Source: an uncultured Alphaproteobacteria bacterium (lineage in GTDB: Bacteria > Pseudomonadota > Alphaproteobacteria > RF32 > CAG-239). Taken from it: a stretch of DNA of 64,000 bases. Where the stretch lies: contig CALXVY010000004.1 of assembly GCA_944392255.1 (NCBI GenBank), forward strand, positions 6,766-70,765, written 5' to 3'. The notes under the pieces are model-generated. The model did no database searches and had not been told where the DNA came from. It saw nothing but the letters and a program-made list of their open reading frames with translations. This document shows positions 29,916-38,800 of this stretch, piece by piece. Each line of letters begins with the position of its first letter. Positions within the stretch are counted from its first letter, which is position 1. The position numbers and the translations under genes are program-made.

Positions 29916-31934
29916 TTATAAAAAGCCAATTTTATGCTGGAAGGGCGCCTTGTTTAATTGCTCGGCCTCAAGCATTTTTATCAACTCTGCTTTATTATCT
30001 AAAAGTCCTAGAATTTCTGCTTTTTGTCTGACCACCACAAAATCTCCGGGAGCTAAAGAATTGAGATATGACAAGTCTACATTAGAAAAATTAAAAAAAT
30101 GCTTAAATGCCTTACTTGATTGCTCTGCTGTCATATAATTATATCCAACTTTGAAAGTGAAACGACGTAGACTGGCTTTGTCGAGGCTATCCATTAAATT
30201 TGTGGTACAGATAAAAGGATAGGGGTAACTTTCCATTTGGGTTAGCATCTCATTAACTTGAGTTATCTCCCATGAGCGAACGGCACTGCTCCTATCTTGC
30301 AAAAAGCTATCAGCTTCATCAAAAATCAAAACGGCTTGATTTTCTCTCCCTTCATTAAAAGAATCGGCAATATTTTGCTCTGTTCCTCCGACCCACATGG
30401 ATAATAAATCGGAGCATTTCTTCTTGATAACCGGCATTTCAAGTGTTTGAGCTAAATATTCTCCATAGGCGGATTTTCCGGTGCCTGAGGCTCCATATAA
30501 ACATAAGGAAAAATTGCGTTGCGATAGTTGTTTAATCCGTTGAGCCAACAAGCTTAAATCTGTATCCGTATTGAGTAATTGTGGATTAAACTCAATCGGA
30601 GTTTTAGGTTTGGGAGGCGTATATCGACCGTTGTTATATGCTTTTTGCATGGCAGTTAGGCTTTGTTTGACCTCAGGCAAGCCACCATCAGCTAACTTGG
30701 CGGCCTTTACCGCTGTTGCGATAAAAGACGGAGATAACTGGTATTGAACGGCAAATTCCTCGGCTGTTTTTTTATCTGAGGGCAAATGGTGAGCTTTTAA
30801 GCTTTTCTGCCACATCTCTATGCGGGTTTTTAAATTGGGTTTGCTGAAATTAACCGCAAAGCTAAATCGGCGCAAATAGGCTTTATCTATATCATTGATA
30901 GAATTGATAATCCAAATAGCCGGAGTAAGATTATTTTCCAGAAGTCTATTGATATATAGCTTATTATTGTCTTTTTTGCGACAAAACAATAAGTTTTCTG
31001 CTTCTAAAAAATCATCGGCTTCATCAATCAACAAACACGAGTTCTCATCTTTTGATAAGATGGAATAGGCCAGATTGAGAGTTTCTTTGCGCGAATCATC
31101 TTCAAATTTTTCACCTACGGTATACAATGCTGCTTTGATTTTATGCGTTAAGGTTTTCGCAAATTCGGTTTTGCCGGTTCCGGGTTCGCCATAAAAAAGC
31201 AAATTTACACCTTTTTCTTTATTTTTTATGGCCTTACTTAAAATACGTGCACAGATGTTTTTTTCTTGGAGAAAAGAAAAATCGTTCCAGGATAAACCGG
31301 CAACACATTTGGGTCCTAATATAATATTTTTTATATCTTGCGTATTATTTATATTTTGAGACAATATTTTTACACTTAAATCTGAGACACTAACATCACC
31401 ATTATATTCATATTCTATCAATCCTAAGCGGGAAAGAGAGGAATTTTTATCTGATATTTCTTCTATTTTATGTTGGCTTTCTAACAGAAAAAAAGATGTG
31501 TTGTTTTTTAATTTATTATTGCGTCCGCCGACTTCACGGTTGAAATCATCAAAATTATCATCTGTCTTGACACGTACCCAGAAACCAAAAAGTTTTTGTT
31601 CTTCAACTGTCAGATTCAACAATTTTGCTAAATGATGAAGACGTTTTTCTAAAATAGAATCAGGGCTATTTTGCAGCATAGCGACTTTTTTATTAAGGGC
31701 TGTAACAAATCTTTTACCAATTTCAAAAGCTTGTTTTTTCTTGGTACGCAATATGTCTTTGAAATCAGTGCCATTTTCTTCTTCAATTTTACTTGTCCAT
31801 AAAAATTTGATAATATTTTTGCCATAATTGTCATGCCAATCGTAAATATTCGATAAATGTTCTTGAAAAAAACTTTTGTTTTTTGAGGCATTTAGCAAAT
31901 AATAAAGCATTTTATATTGTTCATATTTTTCCAT
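29916..31934 (-). CDS. Double AAA+ ATPase (two classical AAA modules) with ~240 aa unassigned N-terminal domain
   Basis: Module 1: Walker A GEPGTGKTE, Walker B LLIDEADDF, Arg-finger region AYLRRFSF. Module 2: GASGTGKSA, LIFDEADSF, ASLRRFTF. Confidence 0.85.
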   Translation of the reverse strand: MEKYEQYKMLYYLLNASKNKSFFQEHLSNIYDWHDNYGKNIIKFLWTSKIEEENGTDFKDILRTKKKQAFEIGKRFVTALNKKVAMLQNSPDSILEKRLHHLAKLLNLTVEEQKLFGFWVRVKTDDNFDDFNREVGGRNNKLKNNTSFFLLESQHKIEEISDKNSSLSRLGLIEYEYNGDVSVSDLSVKILSQNINNTQDIKNIILGPKCVAGLSWNDFSFLQEKNICARILSKAIKNKEKGVNLLFYGEPGTGKTEFAKTLTHKIKAALYTVGEKFEDDSRKETLNLAYSILSKDENSCLLIDEADDFLEAENLLFCRKKDNNKLYINRLLENNLTPAIWIINSINDIDKAYLRRFSFAVNFSKPNLKTRIEMWQKSLKAHHLPSDKKTAEEFAVQYQLSPSFIATAVKAAKLADGGLPEVKQSLTAMQKAYNNGRYTPPKPKTPIEFNPQLLNTDTDLSLLAQRIKQLSQRNFSLCLYGASGTGKSAYGEYLAQTLEMPVIKKKCSDLLSMWVGGTEQNIADSFNEGRENQAVLIFDEADSFLQDRSSAVRSWEITQVNEMLTQMESYPYPFICTTNLMDSLDKASLRRFTFKVGYNYMTAEQSSKAFKHFFNFSNVDLSYLNSLAPGDFVVVRQKAEILGLLDNKAELIKMLEAEQLNKAPFQHKIGFL

Positions 31935-32015
31935 AAAAACATCTCCTTTACATTCAATGTTTTTATTATAAATGATTGATGCGTCAATTTTTGTCGTGCA
32001 AAGGTAGAAAGTAAG

Positions 32016-32351
32016 TTATTTCCTTTTTAACTTAAATGAATCTAAAAATTTTAGAAGGTCTTGTTGAGAGGATTCATCTAATAAAGATATTTTATTAATT
32101 AGGTTCTCATTGGTGTTTACAATGGCTTCGGCTTTTTCGGATATAAGTTGTACGAGATCAATATCCAAGGCATATAGGATTTTATATAAAGTATAAGCTC
32201 TTGGGTTTTGTTTGCGATTTTCAATCAGATTAACGGAAGAATAATCAGCGTTGCTTAATTCTGCTAATTTTTCACAGGAAAGTTTTTTATTATTGCGTTG
32301 TTTTCTTATAATCTTACCGATTTCATTAAGAAAATCTTCTTCATTTAACAT
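32016..32351 (-). CDS. XRE-family helix-turn-helix regulator
   Basis: HTH_3-like segment IRKQRNNKKLSCEKLAELSNADYSSVNLIENRKQNP. Confidence 0.8.
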   Translation of the reverse strand: MLNEEDFLNEIGKIIRKQRNNKKLSCEKLAELSNADYSSVNLIENRKQNPRAYTLYKILYALDIDLVQLISEKAEAIVNTNENLINKISLLDESSQQDLLKFLDSFKLKRK

Positions 32352-32547
32352 TGTGTAAATCCCATAAAATTTATATGAGATTATACAATTGCTGTTTTTC
32401 TTATCTATTGTGTGAAGCCAATAAAATATTGTTGACTACTGCTTTATTTCAATTACTCTGATTATATAGCAGATTTTGATGTGACATATTTTGACATGGG
32501 CAAGGTTTATTATTTTGAATGAGTTACACTAAATAAAGGAGATTATC

Positions 32548-33330
32548 ATGCGTAGAGATTTAACATTATATAAGTTAGAGTTTCCAGATCAGGATAAGTT
32601 AGAAGAATATTGGAATAAAAGATATTCAAGCGACTTTCACACCGAGGTTTTGGGAAGAATTAACAATCGCTCAAATAGCTTAAAATCTAAATGTGGTAAA
32701 ATTTATGAGATTAATGATGAAATTCTAAAAGATATTTTTGGAAGCCACAAAAATAATAATGAAAGATGCCTTGGTTGGACATACTTTAAGGTTAAACTGT
32801 TAAATGATTTTTACAGCACAGGAATCCAAGATATTTATACGGTTGTTGAAGATATGATAAAAATCAAAAATCTTGATGAAAATATTAAAAATGGCGATTT
32901 TCAAGCTGTAAACGAAATAAGAGATATTTTTAAGAAAAACAAAGAAAACAAAAACAGCCGTGATATTTATTCTTTTGCCACTAAATTCTGCCATTTTTCA
33001 AATCCGGACAAGTTTTCTATTTATGATCGTTATGTCGCTTATTTATTAAAGGACTATATTATAAAATGGAAAGATAAATTTACTTCCGCCTTTATTAAAT
33101 ATAATGAAACATCTAAAGAAAATAAGATTAAGATTGATAAACCGACAGCAAGTGCACTTTTAACCGCTATGAGAGATTATACATTCTTTATGAATGTGGT
33201 TGATTTGTTTATGAGTAATTGCAAAATTTCTAAACGAAATTCAAGAGCTAAAGTAGACAATTACCTTTGGTTAGCGGGAATGATGAAATATCGTGAAGGA
33301 AGTAAAGTTGCACAAGATTATAAAAATTAA
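32548..33330 (+). CDS. Hypothetical protein
   Basis: 260-aa ORF with a GGAG RBS, divergent from the XRE gene. The motif SFATKFCHFSNPDKFSIYDRYV vaguely recalls OGG-fold proteins of conflict systems; this is unverified. Confidence 0.5.
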   Translation: MRRDLTLYKLEFPDQDKLEEYWNKRYSSDFHTEVLGRINNRSNSLKSKCGKIYEINDEILKDIFGSHKNNNERCLGWTYFKVKLLNDFYSTGIQDIYTVVEDMIKIKNLDENIKNGDFQAVNEIRDIFKKNKENKNSRDIYSFATKFCHFSNPDKFSIYDRYVAYLLKDYIIKWKDKFTSAFIKYNETSKENKIKIDKPTASALLTAMRDYTFFMNVVDLFMSNCKISKRNSRAKVDNYLWLAGMMKYREGSKVAQDYKN

Positions 33331-33332
33331 AT

Positions 33333-33677
33333 TATAGAGAGTCGTATAGAGGTTTAAATTAAGACACTCTATATAAAAGCCTAAGGTTTTCAATACTTTT
33401 AGAGGGATAGAGGTTTAATCAAGGATTATATATACCGAGGTATCAATGACAAATATTATTAATTCTAAATAAAAAAATATATTAAGATTATAGATAGAAT
33501 ATTAAAATATATATTATATATACTTTGGGTTGTTTTTTTATTTAGACATTTTATTTGTTATGATATATATTGTAACTGGTTTTAACTCTCTATCTCTCTA
33601 AAACATACAGTTTCCTTGATTTTTTTATAGAGAGACTGAAAGTTTAACTCTCTAACCCTATTAAAAACACTCTATAT
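33333..33677. repeat. Dyad-symmetric array of short motifs around an AT-rich core (iteron/operator-like)
   Basis: ATAGAGGTTTAA at 33346 and 33407. Its near reverse complement TTTAACTCTCTA at 33581 and 33643. TATAGAGAG at 33333 and 33626. ACACTCTATAT at 33364 and 33667. The arrangement is symmetric about ~33500. Confidence 0.6.
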
Positions 33678-33854
33678 TAGAATATCCTTTGTTTTCTCAG
33701 CATATAAAAGAAATTTGCTTATCCCTATATCCATTTATCAAAAACATTCAAAATCTCGTTATATGTGAAGGAAATGCAAGCTATTTTAGACTATTAATAA
33801 AATATTTTATTTTTAATGGTATTGCTTTATCATAAAAGGGCAAAGGAGCATCCT

Positions 33855-34766
33855 ATGGAAAAGCAAATAATAGAAGTTTCGAACGATGGATTTTCTTTAT
33901 TTTTACATAGAGGTTTTATAGTTATCGAGAACAAAAATATTCCGATAGAAACAAAAATTCCATTGGATAATATTTTGTCTTTAGTGATTAGTGCTAATGA
34001 TTTGATACTTTCTAAAAATGTAATAAATGCCATAACAGAACAAGGGGCAAATATTATTTGTTGTGGTAAAAATTATGTTCCTTCTTCAATTATAATTCCT
34101 TGCGAGGGGCATTGGCTAGTCGCCTCAAGAGTTCAAAATCAAATAGAATGTTCTAAACCTTTACAGAAAAATTTATGGAAGAGTATTATTCAAAATAAAA
34201 TTTATAACCAATCTAAAATTTTAGAGTTCTTTTTTCCCAATCATAGTAATATTGCACGACTTAAACAATTAGCCAAGAATACGCTCAGCAATGATGTGCG
34301 AAATAATGAAGGGTTGGCTGCTTCAATTTATTTCAAATCGTTATTTGGTAAGAATTTTGTACGAGATAGATTAAGCGGCGACGTTAATATTTTATTGAAC
34401 TATGCTTACATAGTTCTTAGAGCTATGGTTATAAGAGCAATTTATGGTAATGGATTATTACCTTTTTTAGGATTAAAGCATTGTGCTAAAACCAACACAT
34501 TTCCTTTGGCTGATGACTTAATGGAACCGTTTAGACCGTGGGCTGACAAATTAGTATTTGAGGAAATAAATAGACTTGTTAATATTCAAGATATTGAATT
34601 GACACCGGAAATAAAACGAAGATTAACTGGACTGATTTCTATTCCCGTCAAGACCGGCAAGGGTTGTGTTTCGTTAAATGATGCTGTGTTTGATTTTGTA
34701 GGAAGTTTGGTCGTCAGTTTTGAAGATAAAAAAGTTAAATTAAAATATCCAGAGTTTGAAGATTAA
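33855..34766 (+). CDS. cas1: CRISPR-associated endonuclease Cas1 (type II)
   Basis: Cas1 hallmarks NEGLAASIYFKSLFG, NILLNYAYIVLRAMV and DDLMEPFRPWAD. AAGGAG RBS before the Met at 33855 (the ORF track opens at 33816). Confidence 0.9.
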   Translation: MEKQIIEVSNDGFSLFLHRGFIVIENKNIPIETKIPLDNILSLVISANDLILSKNVINAITEQGANIICCGKNYVPSSIIIPCEGHWLVASRVQNQIECSKPLQKNLWKSIIQNKIYNQSKILEFFFPNHSNIARLKQLAKNTLSNDVRNNEGLAASIYFKSLFGKNFVRDRLSGDVNILLNYAYIVLRAMVIRAIYGNGLLPFLGLKHCAKTNTFPLADDLMEPFRPWADKLVFEEINRLVNIQDIELTPEIKRRLTGLISIPVKTGKGCVSLNDAVFDFVGSLVVSFEDKKVKLKYPEFED

Positions 34767-34795
34767 GTTGATTTATATTGAAGGAGGTTCTTATT

Positions 34796-35050
34796 ATGAC
34801 TGTTTATAAACGTTCAAAACTAACTTCCGAAATTCTTAAGCAGTGGGAACGTGATGCGCAATATGATAAAATTTATGAAACTGCGCCGACACTTTTCGAT
34901 TTATCTATGATTATCAGTGAAAAAACAGATGGTAAAGTTGATATAAGAGAAGACGGTGAAATTTGGGTCGATGATTGGCCATATGGTTATTGGCGCAAGC
35001 AAGGTGATATGTATGTTCATTACATTCCTGGGAGATTATCAACTCGATGA
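34796..35050 (+). CDS. Unassigned 84-aa protein encoded between cas1 and the CRISPR array
   Basis: Strong RBS GAAGGAGG 8 nt upstream of the ATG at 34796. The ORF ends 31 nt before repeat 1. No family recognised. Confidence 0.55.
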   Translation: MTVYKRSKLTSEILKQWERDAQYDKIYETAPTLFDLSMIISEKTDGKVDIREDGEIWVDDWPYGYWRKQGDMYVHYIPGRLSTR

Positions 35051-35081
35051 GTTGGAATAGTTCGAAATTTTGATGAAAAAA

Positions 35082-35447
35082 GTTATAGTTGACCGTCTAA
35101 TTAATCTCTGATACGTTAAGCAGTGCAACTAGGCTCTGACGGCTTAAGTTATAGTTGACCGTCTAATTAATCTCTGATACGTTAAAGCAACTGGAGAGAG
35201 AAAAGATAGAACAGTTATAGTTGACCGTCTAATTAATCTCTGATACGTTCTTCCAAAAATGCTGTGTTCAATAGTTCTTGTTATAGTTGACCGTCTAATT
35301 AATCTCTGATACGTTATCTTTGACAACAAATCAGCTGAAATGGCAGTTATAGTTGACCGTCTAATTAATCTCTGATACGTTCCGTAAGCTGGCAGGAATA
35401 TTCGGACTTGAGTTATAGTTGACCGTCTAATTAATCTCTGATACGTT
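35082..35447 (+). CRISPR. Type II-C CRISPR array: 6 identical 36-nt repeats and 5 spacers of 30 nt
   Basis: Repeat GTTATAGTTGACCGTCTAATTAATCTCTGATACGTT at 35082, 35148, 35214, 35280, 35346 and 35412. Plus-strand orientation is inferred from the GTTATAG 5' end and from tracrRNA complementarity. Confidence 0.95.
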
Positions 35448-35458
35448 AGATAATAGAT

Positions 35459-35492
35459 CAAAGCCTTGAAATAACTAGTTTTCAAGGCTTTG
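35459..35492. terminator. 12-bp hairpin between the array end and the cas2 stop (convergent terminator candidate)
   Basis: Stem caaagccttgaa / ttcaaggctttg with a 10-nt loop. There is no strong U-tract on either side. Confidence 0.45.
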
Positions 35493-35522
35493 TCTTAATA
35501 AAAAAATGTTATTTGTTTATCC

Positions 35523-35885
35523 CTAAAAAAGCAATAATTGTCCATTTTTTTCTCGAATTTCTTCTTCATTATCTTCAAAATTCTTACCTAAATAGTTCTC
35601 TGTCATTAGATATTGTTTATCGGTAATATAAATAAACGATACCGAAGAATTATCGGGTATGAATTTGGATAACTTTTTAGTTAAAGTTTGCCCAACCGAC
35701 AAACTCTTAACCGGTTTGATGTAAACGGAAAACTGCTTCATCATAAAACCTTCATCAATCAGGAGATTGCGAAAGCGAGTGGCTTTGCGCATCTCGGTTC
35801 GAGTTCTGACTGGTATGTCAAACATACAGATTATCCACATCATTGACCAGCAGGTTAAGGTTTCACGCCGCTTTTGTCGAGCCAT
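35523..35885 (-). CDS. cas2: CRISPR-associated endoribonuclease Cas2
   Basis: Ferredoxin-like Cas2 N-terminus MWIICMFDIP...FRNLLIDEGFMMKQFSVY. The true start may be the Met-Met at 35843, in which case there is no overlap with cas9. Confidence 0.85.
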   Translation of the reverse strand: MARQKRRETLTCWSMMWIICMFDIPVRTRTEMRKATRFRNLLIDEGFMMKQFSVYIKPVKSLSVGQTLTKKLSKFIPDNSSVSFIYITDKQYLMTENYLGKNFEDNEEEIREKNGQLLLF

Positions 35886-38800
35886 TGCTCAATACCTTGT
35901 GTTTCTTTTTTATTTTCCCAAATGGGGTTAATTCTATTTTTCTCACTCTATATTTGCATAACCATTGTAAGCTCTTATCTTCTAATAGAACTGGAAGCAT
36001 ATACTTCGGTTTGCTATTAGCATTTTCTCCATTTCTTGCATCATTTGATAGTTTTATTCCTAATTGGTTTCTTCCAAATCTAAACTTAACAATTTCAGCA
36101 ATACAACGTTGTTTATCTGTATATTCTTTCCATTCTTCTGGGGTATTCAATTCAAGCAAATCACCTTGCTGCACAGACCATATGATTTTTCCTCCATCAT
36201 GTTGCCATTGTGGAACAAAATCTTTTTGGTTTATGTCAAAAAGCCTAATTACTTCGCCATTGATTTTTTCATTTTGCTCATAAACTTCCAAACAATAATT
36301 ATTCCGCCCTTCATACGCAACGCCATGCTTGGGGATATAAACTAATGAAGAATTGTTTTCATAACTCCTAAATTTATCGCCTTTCCATAATTTTTTCTCT
36401 TGAATGAGATAAAAAGCCCTAGTTAAAATACGGCTTTCGGTGATGGAAATTTCTTTTTTTCCTTCAGATGCGGCTTTTTCGTTTTCAGCAATCAGAATTT
36501 GCTCGGCTGTATTTGCATAAAGTTCAAAGTCTTTGACTAATTGAGCTTGTTTGGTTTTGTCTTTGGCAATATGTTCATTCCACTCATCTTTGATAGAATC
36601 GGGAATGAGCAATTTATTTAAGTCTTTCATTGACTTAACAACTTGTAATATCTTGCGTGAATAAACCGTGATTAAGAATTTGCTGTCATCCGGGTTTATG
36701 CATAAAACCGTTCTACCGGTTTCTTTATGGAGTTTTCCAGCTTTGCTGTGTTCGGGCTTGTGCGAAACGTTAACCTTACTTAATACTTCAATCACTTGGC
36801 GGCGAAATTCTCCGACTGACTCAATACTTGTTAACGGAAGAGGTACATGCTGATGCGGTAAATCGATTTCATTAGCCATATGCTGGATCAGGGAACGATT
36901 CATACAAGCAACAGTTATGGCATCCATGGCGTGATGACGATGGTCAATTCTGGGCTTTGATACCCATTCTTTGTTCTTAGTTTTATCAAAAAATCTCCAT
37001 TTGCCGTCAACATTAGGTTGTTCTATTCCTTCAATAACTTCTCCGGTATCTTGCTCAACCCAATAAGGAGAACAATTTACATATCTTGGAATATCCAATC
37101 CCATGAGATCATATTCCAAACCTTCCAAATTCCAACAACGACGCATATGAGCGGTTTGAGCTCCTTTAACCGGAAGAATCCGATTATGAATCACTTCTTC
37201 ACTATCTGGGCTATCAACAATTGCTCTTAAATATCGTGCTGCCATTTTGGATACATAACGTGTATCTGTCAGATAACGCGTAGTTTCTTCTACATCTCCT
37301 TCATCTTCGAATTTTTCGCGAGCGTCGGCCTCAAAACGCCATGCTTTGGCAGGTGTTCTCTCTCGGGCATTTTTCAGAATTTCTCGGATAAGTTCTTCTG
37401 GTTTTTGACCTTTGCTAACAAAGTAATCATAGGCAAAATCATTCCCTTTAGCATTATTATCATTGCGGTTTACCAGGCAAAGGTTGTTATAGGTATCCGT
37501 TCCGCCTTTAGCTTGAGGAATAATATGTTCTATTTCAAAACCGGAAAAATTACGGGGAATGCTAACCGTTGGGTCGTAGGCATCTTTCCATCCTTGTTCC
37601 TTGGCAAGTTTATATTTTAAGATATTTTGATAATTGATGAAAAGTTTATGGTCTTTTAAGTATTTTTTTGCTTCTTCGTTAAGTTTTTCATTGTTTTTTT
37701 GCTTTTGTTCTTCTTGTTTTTTCTTCTTGGTTGACATACCAACATCTCGACCAAGCTCAATGTTAATGTCATAAGGTTTGCCGTAAATGCGAATTATATC
37801 ATTAATCACCAAGCGGAGTTGATTTAGAATCATATGAACTGACGGATTGGCTATTTTTCCCCATTTTATTTCATCGGGGTTAAGATTTTTGTTGTTTTTG
37901 ACCATTAATGGTGGAAGCGGTTGTGTATCAGCCTGCAAAATCTCGCCATAATATGGAAGTTCTTGACATTTACCTTGAGTTTTGCGCGCAATCTCTTCCG
38001 AGGCAATAAAACGGGCATCATTCTTGGCTAAATCATCGGTTATTTCTCGATGCGTAATGACTTGTTCTTTTAATTTTTCTAAAATAATTTTCGAGGCACT
38101 TTCGCCCAACATTCCTCGTCCTTTGGGAAGTTTGGTCAGCAGTTTGCCGATTTCTTTATCATCATTAATTTTTAAAATCGGCTTAAGATGATTAATCAAT
38201 TCATCCTCGCTGTATAAACGTCCGTTTTTATCATTCGAATTTATCGGATTAGCTAAAAAATCAACAAATTTTGCCAATTCTTCATCTGAGAGTTTTTGTA
38301 TATATTCTATTTCTGAAAATTCTGGACGTGAGTATAAATAAGCCTTGATATTTTTATCATCAAGTAAAGATATTTTTTGTTGAGCTGAAAGACCTAATAA
38401 TTTTTTGATAGCTGATTTTCCTGCATTTTTGCCTTGCAGTAAAAGCTCGTTGATGATTTTATCTCTTTCTTCTAAAGTCAGCTTGCGTTTATTGGTGTCG
38501 CTTAATACACGGATATTATTTACTTCTTCATAAATACGTCTTAATTCTGATAATGGATGTGCTTTCAGCAGTCTGTCTTCATCTTTGAAATAAATACATT
38601 TTCCGGTAGCATAAGGAGCTGGTGGACGCTCATAAAATAAGATATTATAAATTTCTTTTTTCAAACCTTCTTTTTGCATTTGAGTAAAATATTGAGCCTG
38701 CGTATCCCAGATTTGATTAAATTCATCTTTTACCAGATAGCGGGGAATTGCATAATCAACAATATGTTGTTTTAAGGCGTGTTCTTTTTGTCGTATTATT

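Noticed and set aside
33331-33700. Possible second, degenerate CRISPR array, because the 12-mers recur at a 61-62 bp period close to the 66-bp array period
   Set aside because: The repeated units are only 12 nt long. They occur in opposite orientations on the two sides of a symmetry centre and bear no similarity to the 36-nt repeat. The region is not a CRISPR.
35118-35411. Self-targeting by the five spacers, with protospacers elsewhere in the window
   Set aside because: No match was noticed by eye anywhere in the 64 kb, but this cannot be excluded without a proper search. No claim is made.
35144-35485. 113-aa minus-strand ORF with the recurring peptide TYQRLIRRSTIT
   Set aside because: It is the translation of the CRISPR repeats. 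The periodic peptide simply mirrors the 66-bp repeat-spacer unit, so this is not a gene.
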